A stretch of 64,000 nt of DNA from Octopus sinensis (lineage: Eukaryota): positions 3,348,001 to 3,412,000 of the forward strand of contig NC_043004.1 of assembly GCF_006345805.1 (NCBI RefSeq), given 5' to 3'. This document shows, piece by piece, positions 40,019 through 53,096 of this stretch. Each line of letters begins with the position of its first letter. Positions within the stretch are counted from its first letter, which is position 1. A program made the translations under genes and the position numbers. The notes under the pieces were generated by a model. The model did not search any database and had not been told where the DNA came from. It worked only from the letters and a program-made list of their open reading frames with translations.

Positions 40019-40489
40019 CTGAGCCACTCCTGCGCCTATAATATTTACTATTCAAATAATGTAGTCTGTGTAGATACAATAATAATTGTTTCAAATTGTT
40101 GCACAATTCTGATGAAGGGGTTAAATCGATTACATCGACCGCAGTGTCTAACTGGTATCTATTTAATCAAAACCGAGAGGATGAAGTTGAACCTGGCAGA
40201 ATTTGAACTCAGAACGTAAAGACGAGCCAGCAATTGAGCCAAGTCGCTACCTTGATAGAGTGGTATATATTTACAAGATGACAAAGGTAGATCTATGTTG
40301 ACGGTGGGGCTGTGAGAAATAGTAGTTAAATTCCTCTCAAAATTACACATTGCCCTCAAATCAAAATGAATGATAATTTGATAATGCAAACCCAATTACC
40401 CCTACCTCCGCACACTATAGAGACAGACATATATGTATATTAACTCGCTCAAAATTTGTTGAACTGTCAGTGAATTGCGGGAGACAACT

Positions 40490-40830
40490 TATAGTTCTAT
40501 ATTTAAGGGATGAGGAATTATTTAAATTATTTACATTGTTTATATTTGACGGATATTTGTCCTCATCTTGCTTCTTGTTAACACAACGTTTTGGCTGATA
40601 TACCCTCCAGCCTAACTCCCAGCTACTCCAAGATTCCGAGTTCGATTCCAGGCAGTGACCTGAATAATAATAAGAAGAAGAAGAGGAACATCGAAAAATA
40701 CCTTAGGAATGAGAACCCAGGTTCGAAATTTCCCTAAGACACCTGATGAAGGCTGGAGGGTATATCAGCCGAAACGTTGTGTTAACAACAAACAGCATGA
40801 GGACAAATATCCGTCAAATGTAAATGTACA
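40490..40830. mobile_element. Head-to-head pair of family-B elements
   Basis: Minus arm 40490-40613 is truncated inside the HHR. Plus arm ~40622-40830 has a partial tRNA head (B box 40640-40649) and an intact HHR. Confidence 0.8.
40738..40783 (+). ncRNA. Minimal type I hammerhead ribozyme, family B
   Basis: GACAC-CTGATGA-A-GGCTG(GAGGGTATAT)CAGCC-GAAA-CGT-T-GTGTT: palindromic ACGT stem III and GUU triplet. Confidence 0.75.
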
Positions 40831-40849
40831 ACTCATAATGTCTGCAATA

Positions 40850-41540
40850 GCACAGGACCTGCAATTTTGGGACAAGGGGCTTGCCGATTTTATTGACCCC
40901 AGTGCTCAACTGGTTCTTATTTCATCGATCCCAAAAGGATGAAAGGCAAAGCAGACCTCGGCGGAATACGAACACAAAACGAAAACGCAAAGACAGACGA
41001 AATGCTGCTAAACAGTTTGTCCGGAGTGTTAAAGACTCCGCCAGCTCGCCGCCTTCGCGGTGTCTGTAATACTAGAAAGAGGAGGAAACCCTTCTCACAT
41101 AATTGAAAGAAATCCTCAAGGAGCTCAAAGGGGCTGTAAATATTTCAGGAGTAGGAGTAGGAGATACAGATGTTGAAGAGATTCAGTTTAACTGGAAAAA
41201 GACAGCATTATCACAACTGTGATGTTACTTGAATCAGTTTCCTTTCCCCCTATTTTTTTCATTTTCCATTCATTTCGAAACAAACTTTATAATCATGATC
41301 GAACTGAATATAGACAGAAAATCCATTAATCAAACAATACTGATACAAGGCCAGCAATTTTGGGGAGGGATAACATCGACGCCTCCAGTGCTCATTTGGT
41401 CCTTGCTTTACCGAGACCCCGAAAGGGATGAAAGGCAAAGTCGACCGCAGCGAAATTTGAACTTAGAACATAGAGACGCACGAAATGCCGTTAAGTATTT
41501 TGTTCGGCACATTAACCCTTCTGCCTAGCTCGCCACCTTA
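40850..41540 (-). mobile_element. Two diverged family-1 SINE copies (40850-41055 and 41340-41540)
   Basis: Homology to family 1. Confidence 0.7.
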
Positions 41541-41800
41541 TCTTTCCCTTGTTTGTCATTTGACTGTGGCCATGCTGTGGAGCACTGCCTTTAGTCGAAC
41601 AAATCAATCCCAGGGGAGAATAGAGTGATAGATAGAGGGAGAAAATGGAAAAGGAAATGTTCAATGATTCGAAAGTGTTACATTTTAGAAACTCACTCTG
41701 ACCCTCACCTTGCTTAATTATTAAATAATGGGTTCTTAGCACCATAAACACACGTCTATTTGTTGTTTTTCCTCCATTTTCTTATCGTTTATACATACAT

Positions 41801-41846
<46 letters not shown>

Positions 41847-42134
41847 TAAACTACGGTTTACCTCTTAAATTACATGCTGCTGTATACCTTATACCAAGGA
41901 CCATACTTACTGAGGTAATTACCAGGAGTGCCTCCGGATCACTCTATCCCTTAGAGGGCTTAACACCTAACATACCTTACATATATATATACACACATAT
42001 ATATATACATATATATACACACACACACATATATATGTATATATGTATATACATATACACACGCACAAACACATATAGATATATACATACATATACACAC
42101 GCACACACACACACGCACACACACACACGCACAC

Positions 42135-42214
<80 letters not shown>

Positions 42215-42789
42215 TGTGTATATGTGTGGTGTGTGTTTATATAATATTCAACAGACGGTACAAAGAAAACAAGGACGGGGCATTCCGTGTTTTCTTTCCT
42301 CAGTCGAGTTTCAGATTATCTTTGCAATTTCGGCTGGTTATACTTCAACGGGCTTCTTTCAGTTTTCGTCTATGAAATCCACTCCCAAGGCTTTGATCGG
42401 CCATGGCTATAGTAGAAATCACTTGCACAAGCTGTTGTACAGAGGAACTGAACCCGGAACCATGAGGTTGAGAAGCAAACTTCATACCATACAGCCATGC
42501 TTATGTTATGACGTTCAAATACCAGTAATATTCCAACGATTCCACCAAAAACAAACCCGACCTTATGGTTGGGTATATTGCTGCAATTACAGTTTCGTGA
42601 TTTGGGTTTTACCAGTGTGACGTTTCTATGGCATTTCAATTTTCCATAATAAATCGATAACTGAACGAAATGAAATATCAAGCGGTATCGATCTTCTTAG
42701 ATGAGAAGAAATCTGCTCTATTAACACATCTTGTCTCTTAAAAGTTAGCATTATTCTTACGTGTGTATCAATGTGTACGCATATATATA

Positions 42790-42821
<32 letters not shown>

Positions 42822-42960
42822 GTTTGTTGTGCTAAAAAGCCATATATAATATATGTGTGTGTGTGTTTATGTATAAAATGTATACACACACACACACATA
42901 TACATATATATATATATATAAATGTTTGTATGTTGCATAAAACATAAATATGTGGCTAAA

Positions 42961-42991
<31 letters not shown>

Positions 42992-43322
42992 TGTGTGTGC
43001 ATATATACATATATATTATATTTAATTACTATTTGATTATATTTAATTACTGTCGGCCGTCATAATTTATATTTTCAATCAATATTTTTTATGTTAATTC
43101 TACATTTATTGCATCGCTGTTTATTAAGTGCCGAGATATATATTTATGTCTTGTCACTGACTTTTAAAACTTGTATATTTCTAAGCTACTCCATTTAAAA
43201 TCCATTGTTTCTTTTAATGTTCTCATGTTCCTCCTCCGCTCCATCTACAACTAAAAACCAGTTTTCACCGATTCCGACTTGTTCACTTTCTCTCTGTCCA
43301 TTGATTTGCTTTGGCTATCTGA

Positions 43323-43354
<32 letters not shown>

Positions 43355-44220
43355 CTCTCTCTCTCTCGAAGTCGAAAAGATATATAGAGTAATTTCAACC
43401 CTTTACCCCGACCAAAGAATGGAAGGCGCCAGTTTAAGGATTGATTGCAAGAAGCACGGTCAGTTGTGGTGTGAAAATTAATAAAAGAAAAAAAAAAAGA
43501 GAAAAGAAAACGAAACTTGAACTGAACAAATAACATCTTTATTGTCAAGTTGGAGAAAAGTAATATATCACGGGTTGTATGTGAGAAGGATTGAAGGGCA
43601 AATATTTTTGTTTGATGACTATATTGGCAATTGGCCCGGCTAAAATAAACAAGGGGCTCGATTTGTCGAATAACTAGTCCTGAATTCATTAGACAATCTC
43701 CACGAAGACTAGTCAAAAGTTGACCTAACTTTAAGGGTTACTTGTTCTTGCTCCATTTATCATTTCTTCAATCAGGCTTTCTTCGTCTTAAAGAAGTCAT
43801 TTTCGATTCTCATCCAACTATCTTCGTTTACTTTGGTCTTTTTTCGCAGCCGATAGAGAAACGTTGCACAACAGTCGTTTGCGGACAACCACTGCTTCTC
43901 CCAAAACAAGCTACATAAAATTTTGCATGTAAACAATTGCAAAGTTTATTGTATAAGATTAAAAGAACGGTTACTAATATCAAACTACTACCACCACCAC
44001 TACTGCTACTACTGCGTATTTTTAGTAATAATGTGGTTTATTATATTTGCTACCAGGGCTCAGTCATTCATAATTCATGTCACAAATAAAAAAAATTTAA
44101 CAGGATTTGTATTGCACAGCACTCAGTCTTACAAAAATTAAAGGGAGGGGCTACGATGCGTTACAATATATTAAGACGTTAAGCATTTGTCTACATATAT
44201 AAATTACACTGTGTGTGTAT

Positions 44221-44256
<36 letters not shown>

Positions 44257-44258
44257 AA

Positions 44259-44639
44259 TCTCTCTCTATATAAACGGCAGTTTGTCTCTGTGTGTGTCTG
44301 TGTGTCTGTTAGGTTGTACCCTCACCCTGACCACGGCTTTCAACCGATTCTGATGAAACTTGATACACACATAGCCCAATGTCATAATTCAAAACTAACG
44401 CAGCGAAAATTTTGAAAAGTTCCCCCCGTTCTGAAAAAAATCGATAAATTCGACATGGGGTCGAGAATCAGAAACACAAACCACAGACTGTCTAGGGGAC
44501 GCAACTCGACCTTTTTAACTCAAAAAAATTTACCATCATTTTTTTTCCATTTTTTTGCTATTTTTTGGCTATAACTCTCTAAAAATGCTTTATAGTTATT
44601 TCCCTTACAAACCCGAGCAATGCCGGGTGATACTGCTAG
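44259..44639 (+). mobile_element. Non-autonomous Helitron
   Basis: A|TC start, CCCGAGCAATGCCGGG hairpin and CTAG|T end. Confidence 0.8.
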
Positions 44640-44658
44640 TGTGTACATATATATATCC

Positions 44659-45044
44659 GTGGTACTCCGTCGGTTACGAGGACGTGGGTTCTACTCGATC
44701 CGATCAACGGAATAGCCTACTTTGTGAAATTAACGTGCAAGTGGCTGAGCACTCCACAGTCACGTGTATCCTTAACGTAGTTCTCGGGGAGATTCAGCAT
44801 GATACAGAGCGTAACAAGGCTGACCCCTTTGAAAATACAGGTACAACAGAAACAGGAAGAAAGAGTGAGAGAAAGTTGTGGTGAAGGAGTACAGCAGGGT
44901 TCGCCACCAACCCCTGCGGGAGCTTCATGGAGCGTTTAGGTGTTTTCGCTCAATAGACACTCACAACGCCTGATCTGGGAATCGAAACCGCTATCCTACG
45001 ACCGCGAGTCCGCTGCCCTAACCACTGGACCATTGCGCCTCCAC
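44659..45044 (-). mobile_element. tRNA-headed SINE, family 4 (Ceph-domain-like body, RTE-like tail)
   Basis: Head GTGGAGGCGCAATGG...GTTTCGATTCCC; body shared with 47978-48343 and 51280-51430. Confidence 0.75.
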
Positions 45045-45686
45045 ATATATGTGTGTAAGAAGGAGGGAGACAGAGACAGAAAGCGTGTGTGTTTCGCGAC
45101 TAGTCTCACGCCATTTCGCCTGAAGATCACAGTGACGTGAAACTCGAGCCGTGAGATAAAAACTTGGCTTCAACTTCCGCCACAACATGTATTGAGTACC
45201 CTTTTTCTGAGCCGTTCGGCATCAAGCAATATAAACAGACACACATACATGAGATGCAACAGGGCCGAATGGTTAAGATGATTGCTTTACAACAATGAGA
45301 TCTCCGGTTCGATCCTCATACGGTACATTTTGTGTACGTGTAAATAGCTTCGGATCGACCCCTCCCCATCTTGCCAGTGAAATGGGGTTGACAGAAACTG
45401 TGCAGAAGCCTGCCAGGTGGATGATACCCGGAATTAAAAAGGTACAGTCGTGACTGAGTCACGCTGATTCAGCCTGATTACGTTAAAATTATAATGTGTC
45501 TTTGGAATACTCAGTCACTAACGCGTTAATTCACGAGTAGGTAATTCAATTAAGGTCAAACAACTTAAACCTCTTTGGTAGCATGTATGCATACCTACAT
45601 ACACTGATGCGTATACATATATACCTGCATGCACACACACACACACACATACACACACACATACACACATACACACACACACACAT

Positions 45687-45730
<44 letters not shown>

Positions 45731-45764
45731 GTCTGCATACACATTTACATATAGACAGGCAGAC

Positions 45765-45795
<31 letters not shown>

Positions 45796-45969
45796 TCTTC
45801 TAAGTCTGTGATTCTTGTTTTAATGATAAGGTGTAATACCTTTAAATGTCTTTCAGTTTTCGATTTATCGATTACGTTCAAGAGGATTGACAAGTCTCGA
45901 TCGCAAAATTTTCTTCATATTCGTGGAGAAATTTTTTTTTTTTTTTTTTCAAGAAAATGGTTATGCAAA

Positions 45970-46143
45970 GTCATGAAATGTCAGGAAGTGTCGAATATTG
46001 AAGAGATGTTACTGTATTATACGCTTAATATGAAGATATGTCGATATAATGTGTACAAAATATTTATAAGGTTTTAAATAAATAACCAGGCAAGTGTATA
46101 CAGATATAGATACACACACACATATACACACACGCATATATAT

Positions 46144-46174
<31 letters not shown>

Positions 46175-46438
46175 CATCATTATATATATGATGATCATGA
46201 TCACGCAGACAGTAAACTATATCTTCCATATTTAATTCAGCGGCCGAACCGAAAATAGTAGATTGGATTCCAGGAGTCATGAAATGTCAGGAAGTGTCGA
46301 ATATTGAAGAGATGTTACTGTATTATACGCTTAATATGAAGATATGTCGATATAATGTGTACAAAATATTTATAAGGTTTTAAATAAATAACCAGGCAAG
46401 TGTATACAGATATAGATACACACACACATATACACACA

Positions 46439-46485
<47 letters not shown>

Positions 46486-46515
46486 TCATTATATATATGA
46501 TGATCATGATCATGA
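45970..46515. repeat. ~235-bp direct duplication (period 306) with a 73-bp unique spacer
   Basis: GTCATGAAATGTCAGGAAG... occurs at 45970 and 46276, essentially identical outside the microsatellite. Confidence 0.9.
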
Positions 46516-46879
46516 TATATATATATCATCATTATATATATGATGATCATGATCATGATGATAGCGTCAGTGTTTGGACATGTTCAAAGGTAAGAATGCT
46601 TTTTGCGTTTATACAAGAATACAAATTCAAAGTTTTGGAACTCTCGTACCGAGCAGACGAAAGTAAATAAGAAAGTTGAATGTTATTCGTTTTGTAGAAG
46701 TATTTGTGTATCTTCAATAGTAATCTGCATTTTGTGGTGCAACGTTTTGTTATTTCCGTTGTTGTTGTAGTAATAATAAAAATAAACACGCGTGGAGATC
46801 GATAGAGACATAGAAAACTGACGAGATAAAACTAGAGTGCGGGGCAGATAGATAGATACATACATACATAGTAGCTAGG

Positions 46880-47273
46880 ACACTATAATGAAATCTGTCG
46901 GAAGAATAATCCCGAGGACAAAGAAATAAGAACCCACAATATGGTAGAAGCCATAGCCACTCATAATAAAAAGGAATACTGGTGGAATGTCCCAGTGAAG
47001 ACCTCAATAAAATGTAAGCACACCAGACCTGATAGAATGATTTGTGATAGAGAAGAGAAACCTGTGCACAGTTGTGGAAATTAGCTGCCTAGCGGATATT
47101 AACATAAAGCTGAAGATCAGTGAAAAAGAGAACACCTATGCTGAACTATTGAGAAATCTGCAATTACTCTATCCAGATTACAAGTTCAAGTTTATAACTG
47201 TAATTATTGGGGCCCTGGGATATGTAATACACTGCCTAAATACCAATCTTAAGAAATTAGCTGCCTAGCGGAT
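46880..47273 (+). pseudogene. RLE endonuclease fragment of a second non-LTR family
   Basis: WWNVPVKTSIKCKHTRPD..CTVVEISC..KISEKENTY..VIIGALG. Confidence 0.7.
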
Positions 47274-47977
47274 GATAATGTAAACACCAAGTTCTCTTTA
47301 CTGTGGATCCTGTTGGGTTGACGGTTCGAGTTGCTCGACATGTCACGTCACATGGTCACGGAAGATGAGGAAGTATCTCGCAGAGATGGGGACTAATTGG
47401 GGCTCTACACGACCGGTCACCCGGGAGGACCCGGGAATATACTGCTCCCACAAAAATACTGCAAACAATGTTTGCTGATGTAAACAACGTTTGGCCAAGC
47501 TAGAACAAAATAAATATCGTGCATGACATCGTTGAATAAAAAAGAGTCTTGTAAATTCATGTCTAATACGGCAGAGTGTTTAAGATAAGAAAACTCTCCA
47601 CTTAGACCTGTGCAAATACACGCAATACTAACATTACACTACGGAGCCATAAAATTGTGATAATTATTTTAATGTTTCATGTGGAGATTATGGTTGATAG
47701 AACTTTGGAACGACAGAACTGGCGCGTATTTGTAAGCAGTATTCCAGTACGAAATGCTTTGACTCAAAAACAAACGGTCAACATATTTGTGCCAATTTGA
47801 TTCTTTTTATACCTTAGTTACTTAGAACTCGGAACCTAGCGAATGTGAAAAGAGCTTCTTAACTATTTGGCTATGCTGTGTCCCCAAATGAAAGAACGGG
47901 AGCCACCAGTTGAAGCACAGTTAGAAATGCTAAGGTATTCTAACCAAATTTATTATACTAAACACTCGTCTTGGCTC

Positions 47978-48343
47978 TCCGTCGGTTGCGACGACGAGGG
48001 TTCCAGTTGATCCGATCAACGGAACAGCCTGCTTGTGAAATTAACGTGTAAGTGGCTGAGCACTCCCTAGACACATGTGTCCTTAACGTAGTTCTCGGGG
48101 AGATTCAGCGTGACACAGTGTGACAGGGCTGGCCCCTTTAAAATACAGAAACAAGGGGAGAAGTTTGAGAGGAAGTTGTGGTGAAAGAGTACAGCAGGGT
48201 TCGCCACCATCCCCTGCCGGAGTCCCGTGGAGTTTTAGGTATTTTCGCTCAATAAACACTCACAACGCCCAGTCTGGGAATAGAAACTGCTATCCTACGA
48301 TCGCGAGTCTGCTGCCCTAGCCACTGGGCCATTGCGCCTCCAC
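47978..48343 (-). mobile_element. Family-4 SINE
   Basis: Homology to 44659-45044. Confidence 0.8.
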
Positions 48344-50128
48344 TAAACACTAGTATGTAACACAGTCACATTAAAGCCGATGAATATTAAGGCACGTTAG
48401 ATCTGTTTTTTTTATTTCTCTTTTTATTATTTTTTTACATTTTTTGACAAGCTACACCTTAATAAGGTCGCTAAACTTTAACACCCACTGGAAATCCGCC
48501 CATTTTAACACCAAAAAATGACGTTTTAATAAGTAAATCAATAAAAACAGGCGATAAGTACACAAATACACTTTGTATGTTTGTATATGTGTGCGTGTGT
48601 TTGTATGTATACATATGTGCGTGCATGAGTGTGTGTGAGTGTGTGTATACACACACACACACTCACTCACGCACAAACATACATATCACTCATACACAGT
48701 TTCTTTTATTAGATGTGTATGTGTGTGACTGTTTGTGCCTCTGTGTATCTGCCTTTGTATGTGTACCCATGTATGTGTGTGTTTGCGTGTGTGTGTGTGT
48801 GTGTGTTAGCGCATTTATGTGTGTGTGTGTGTGTCTATGTGCGTTTCACATACAAGTCCGGAGCGTGGAAATAACGAAGAAATAAAACACAAAACCAACA
48901 AAACAAAAACAAAGAAAAAAAAAGGAAGCCTACGATGAGAATCCATTTAGCATTTAGAAAGGGTCCGCGCGGCAAAACTGTGGCCGCTATCAAATATTTA
49001 CCATCGCAAATATGGCAACGATGGCGTTATTGATTGTACATTAACCTTTGTTAAGTTTTCGGCATAATGGTATGGAACAATGGGTTGCTTGAGTTTGATG
49101 TAGCCGTAATAATTCGGTGGTTCCGCTCCTAGCGAATATCTGTTTCCTGGGGGGCGTCGGCTTCTATACGCATCTCCTTTTCTCTCTCTCCCTTTCTCTA
49201 TCTATCTATATATATGTACATATATCTCTCTCTCTCTCTTCTCCATTTCTTCTTTGTTTTTTGTTTTTTTTGTTTTTGGTCTTTCTCTTTCATTACCTCG
49301 TTAACCCCCCCCCCCCCCGTTCTCTTTCCTCTCTTCATCTCTCTCTCCATCTCTTTCTATTCCTATTGTGTCACAGGAAAAAAATAAATAAAACGAAGCA
49401 CTAAACCAATATCGCTAGAAAACCACGCAGACCACACTGGACAGCGTGTGCACCTGCTAATTCGATACACGTCAGGATCTCCAAGTAAACCAAACACACA
49501 CAGATGGATAGATACACACGAGCATTGGTTATAACTTGCACGCCTTCAAATAAAATATTTGCTCTGTGTCACCCTGGTGGACGTTGTTTTCCAAACCGCA
49601 CAACATTAAAGAACTGCGGTGTTAATAATGTCACTTCAAGCCAAGAAATAAATATTTTAAAGATGCCTCTTCTACACTGACCACTCTCCCCATTTCGCTC
49701 CTCTCACTACTCCTGCTAAGTCTGACATTTACTACAAATAGCACGCTAGTCGCTATTAGATCAATTAATGGAACTCTCTCTCTCTCTCTTTCCCTCTTTA
49801 TGAGCGAAATGCAGGGGGGAGAAAAGATAAGCCGAAAAATGTTTAGTCGGATGTGAATCAAAGTTTTTAGTTCATGGTTTCACTTAATTTCGCTTTTGTG
49901 GTTTTCTGTCTCCTGTTTTTTTCTTTTTTTTTTTCGTACAGAAACTCATCTATGAGCTGTAAAGTTATAAGCACGCTGGATTTAATACTGTGGTTTAATA
50001 TATATATGTACATATATACACACACACGTGTATGTGTATATACACTCTCATACATGTATACATTTGTGTTTGTATGCATGGTATATATTATAAAATGTTT
50101 ATAATACAAAATATGTAATTTGTATATA

Positions 50129-50290
50129 GGCGCAGGAGTGGCAGTGTAGTAAGTAGCTTGCTTACCAACCACATGGTTCTGGGTTCAGTCCCACAGCGTA
50201 GCACCTTGGGCAAGTGTCTTCTACAATAGCCTCGAGCCGACCAAGCCTTGTGAGTGGATTTGGTAGACGGAAACTGAAAGAAGCCCGTCG

Positions 50291-50321
<31 letters not shown>

Positions 50322-50506
50322 ATTTGTTCCCCCCCCCAACATCACTTGACTACCGATGCTGGTGTATTTACACCCCCGTAACTAGCGGTTCGGTAAAAGA
50401 GACCGATAGAATAAGTACTAGGCTTACAAAGATCAAGTTCTGGGGTTAATTTGTTCGACTAAAGGCGGTGCTCCACCATGGCCGCACTCAATAACAGAAA
50501 AAATTA

Positions 50507-50551
<45 letters not shown>

Positions 50552-50727
50552 TATATATACACACACGACGAGCTTCTTTCAGTTTCCCTCTGCCAAATCC
50601 ATTCACAAGACTTTAGTTGGCCCAAGGCTACAGTAGAAAATACTTGCACAAGGTGACGAACAGTGGGACTGAACCCGGGACCATGTGGTTGGAAAGCAAG
50701 CTTCTTAACACACGGCCACCCCTGCGA
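50129..50727. mobile_element. Full-length CORE SINE (+, 50129-50500) followed by an inverted head half (-, 50567-50727)
   Basis: Direct homology. Confidence 0.8.
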
Positions 50728-51134
50728 CTGTTGTCGTCTTTACTTCTCCTTTCTCTGGGGGCCATAAAATGAAGTCCTCATGAAATAAGGTGAACTGGCA
50801 GAGTCGTTACAACATCAGGTTAAAGACAATATACATTTCAACTCTCTTCGTTCAAATCCCATCAACGTCAATTTTGTTTTCTATTCACCCAAGGTCAATG
50901 AACTTTGCGTGCTGATTTTAATTCTTTTCTCTTGTAAACTCGTATTTGACTACATTACACCGAGAATAGGGCTGTGGTGGTGTTCATCATCCCCCTCTCG
51001 AATAGTTGGTATGTTACTGGAACCATTGAAGAATGGACAGATGAGAGGAAAAGTGCTTTAAGGAATTGAATGTGTGTGTGTGTGGTGAGATGCTTCAACT
51101 AAATCGCATTTTCCTCTATATTCTAATATGAAAA

Positions 51135-51668
51135 CGCGTGGCTTAGTGATTAGGATGTCTGGTTCACGATCGGAAGGCTGTGAGTTCGATTCCAAGCGAT
51201 ACGTTGTCTCAATGAGCAACACACTTTATTTCACGCTGCTCCAATCCACTCAACTGGCAATACAAAGTATTGGTACCTGTAATACAAAGGGCCAACCTTG
51301 TCACACTCTGTGTCACGCTGAATCTCCCCGAGAACTACATTAAGGGTACACCTGTCTGTAGAGTGCTCAGCCACTTGCACGTTAATTTCATGAGCAGGCT
51401 GATCCGTTGCTTGGACCAACTGGAACCCTCACCCTTTTAAAGCCTAGCCAGGCTCATGGGCCCGGTTTCTATGGCGTATATGTTCCCCACCTGGACGGGA
51501 CGCCAGTCCATCGCAGCGTTACTCATTTTTTCCAGCTGAATGGACTGGAGCAATGTGAAATGAAGTGTTTTGCTCAAGAACACAACGTGTCACCCGGTCC
51601 AGGAATCGAAACCACAATCTTACGATCATGGTGCTGACACCCTAACCACTAAGCCACGCGCCTCCACA
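51135..51668. mobile_element. Two tail-to-tail SINEs with the same tRNA head and different bodies
   Basis: The + copy (51135-51430) has the family-4 body. The - copy (51440-51668) has GCGATGGACTGGCGTCCCGTCCAGG, a V-domain-like body. Confidence 0.65.
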
Positions 51669-53096
51669 CATCACAATATTACTAGAAATATAATATTTAA
51701 TGACAATGGCGACATAGAAACGGCTTCGGGTGGAAATACATTCCTCGCATTATTTAGGTCCGACCTTCTAAGTTTAGAGTTCAAATTCAGCTGGTATAAT
51801 CTTTGCCTTTCATCCGCCCAGCTACGTTAAGCCAAGTTCTTGTTAAACACATACCGAGGTCGTTTCAGTCTTCTGAGTTGTTCCTTTCTAAAGTTTATGG
51901 CCGTGGGCCAATAATCCAAATCATTATTAAAGGCTTATAATGTAAATGCAAACTAAAATTATTTTTCCATTTAGCCTCTCTCAGTCGATTGCGATACTCA
52001 ATTAATATCTAGTTATCTATTGATTATCAATCATTCGATGGAACACACCGACAATAATCTCTTTCAAAGTATCTTTAACGCCATGGCTTCCCGCCAAAAT
52101 AAGTCTAACTCTATCAATTGTCGTCCTCTCATTAATAAAATGTACGGCTTTAATTACGCCAATCAGACATGGAAATCACTTGGAACGGCAACATTTCCAT
52201 TCTGCGACATTTTTATATTTAGATCTAATACGATTATTGGAATGGTAGAAGCAATGGGTTAGGAGAGATATGATGAAGTATTTGGTTCGGTCCTGCGATC
52301 GAATCTCGCTGGAGTAGACTTTTACTTTTCGTCCATCAAACATCGATAAGATGTTATATACCCATTAAATATGGCAGTCGATTAAATCAACGAAACCCAT
52401 TCCTTCACCTCGCCCGTGTGTGCTTGTGACAATGTAAGGCCTCAATATTGATATGTAGTTCCAGCTTCAGAAAAAGTGAACAGTAAAATTTGCGGCATTG
52501 GACCGAATGTCCTGTTCTTCTTCGCTCTTTACGTTCAAAGATCAAATCTTGCTGTAGTCGGCCGTAACTTCTCTCTCTAAAATGCAAACCAGTTAAAAAC
52601 TGGAATCGATTCTGTCAGTTTTATAATCAAATGGTTGTTCTGTTTTTTTTTTAAATGGTGTTTCTGCGACTAGATCAGAAGTCAGTGTTTACTTCCATCC
52701 CTCAATTTCAATGATTCTCAATCTTATTGAAGTCCTGGCACACTGAGAATCAAAGACAACAAGAATATCACTGGCACATTTCGCTCCACCAATTCCATAA
52801 AGCTCTCTTTTCAGTGATGTCACAAATATTAAAGTCGTTGTCTATGAAAGTTATTGTCAGACAATGGCGCGTATAGCTGCTGCTGCTGCTGCTGTCGTAT
52901 GTCCAAGACAATAAAAGATCTCTCACAGAATTGATTTACATTATGAAGTTCCGTCCATTCCTTAGTTCAAATCTTGCAAAGTTTTGGCCATTTAAATCTC
53001 TAACTTTATCTCTTGAATTTATTGTATTATTTCGGTTTTGCAACTGATTTAACTGGATCTATTAGAATCTGTTATTTTGTATCATTTCGTTTTACT

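Noticed and set aside
41100-41220. Short frame LKEILKELKG...QFNWKK resembling a CACTA transposase motif
   Set aside because: The similarity is too short, and the frame is closed by a stop.
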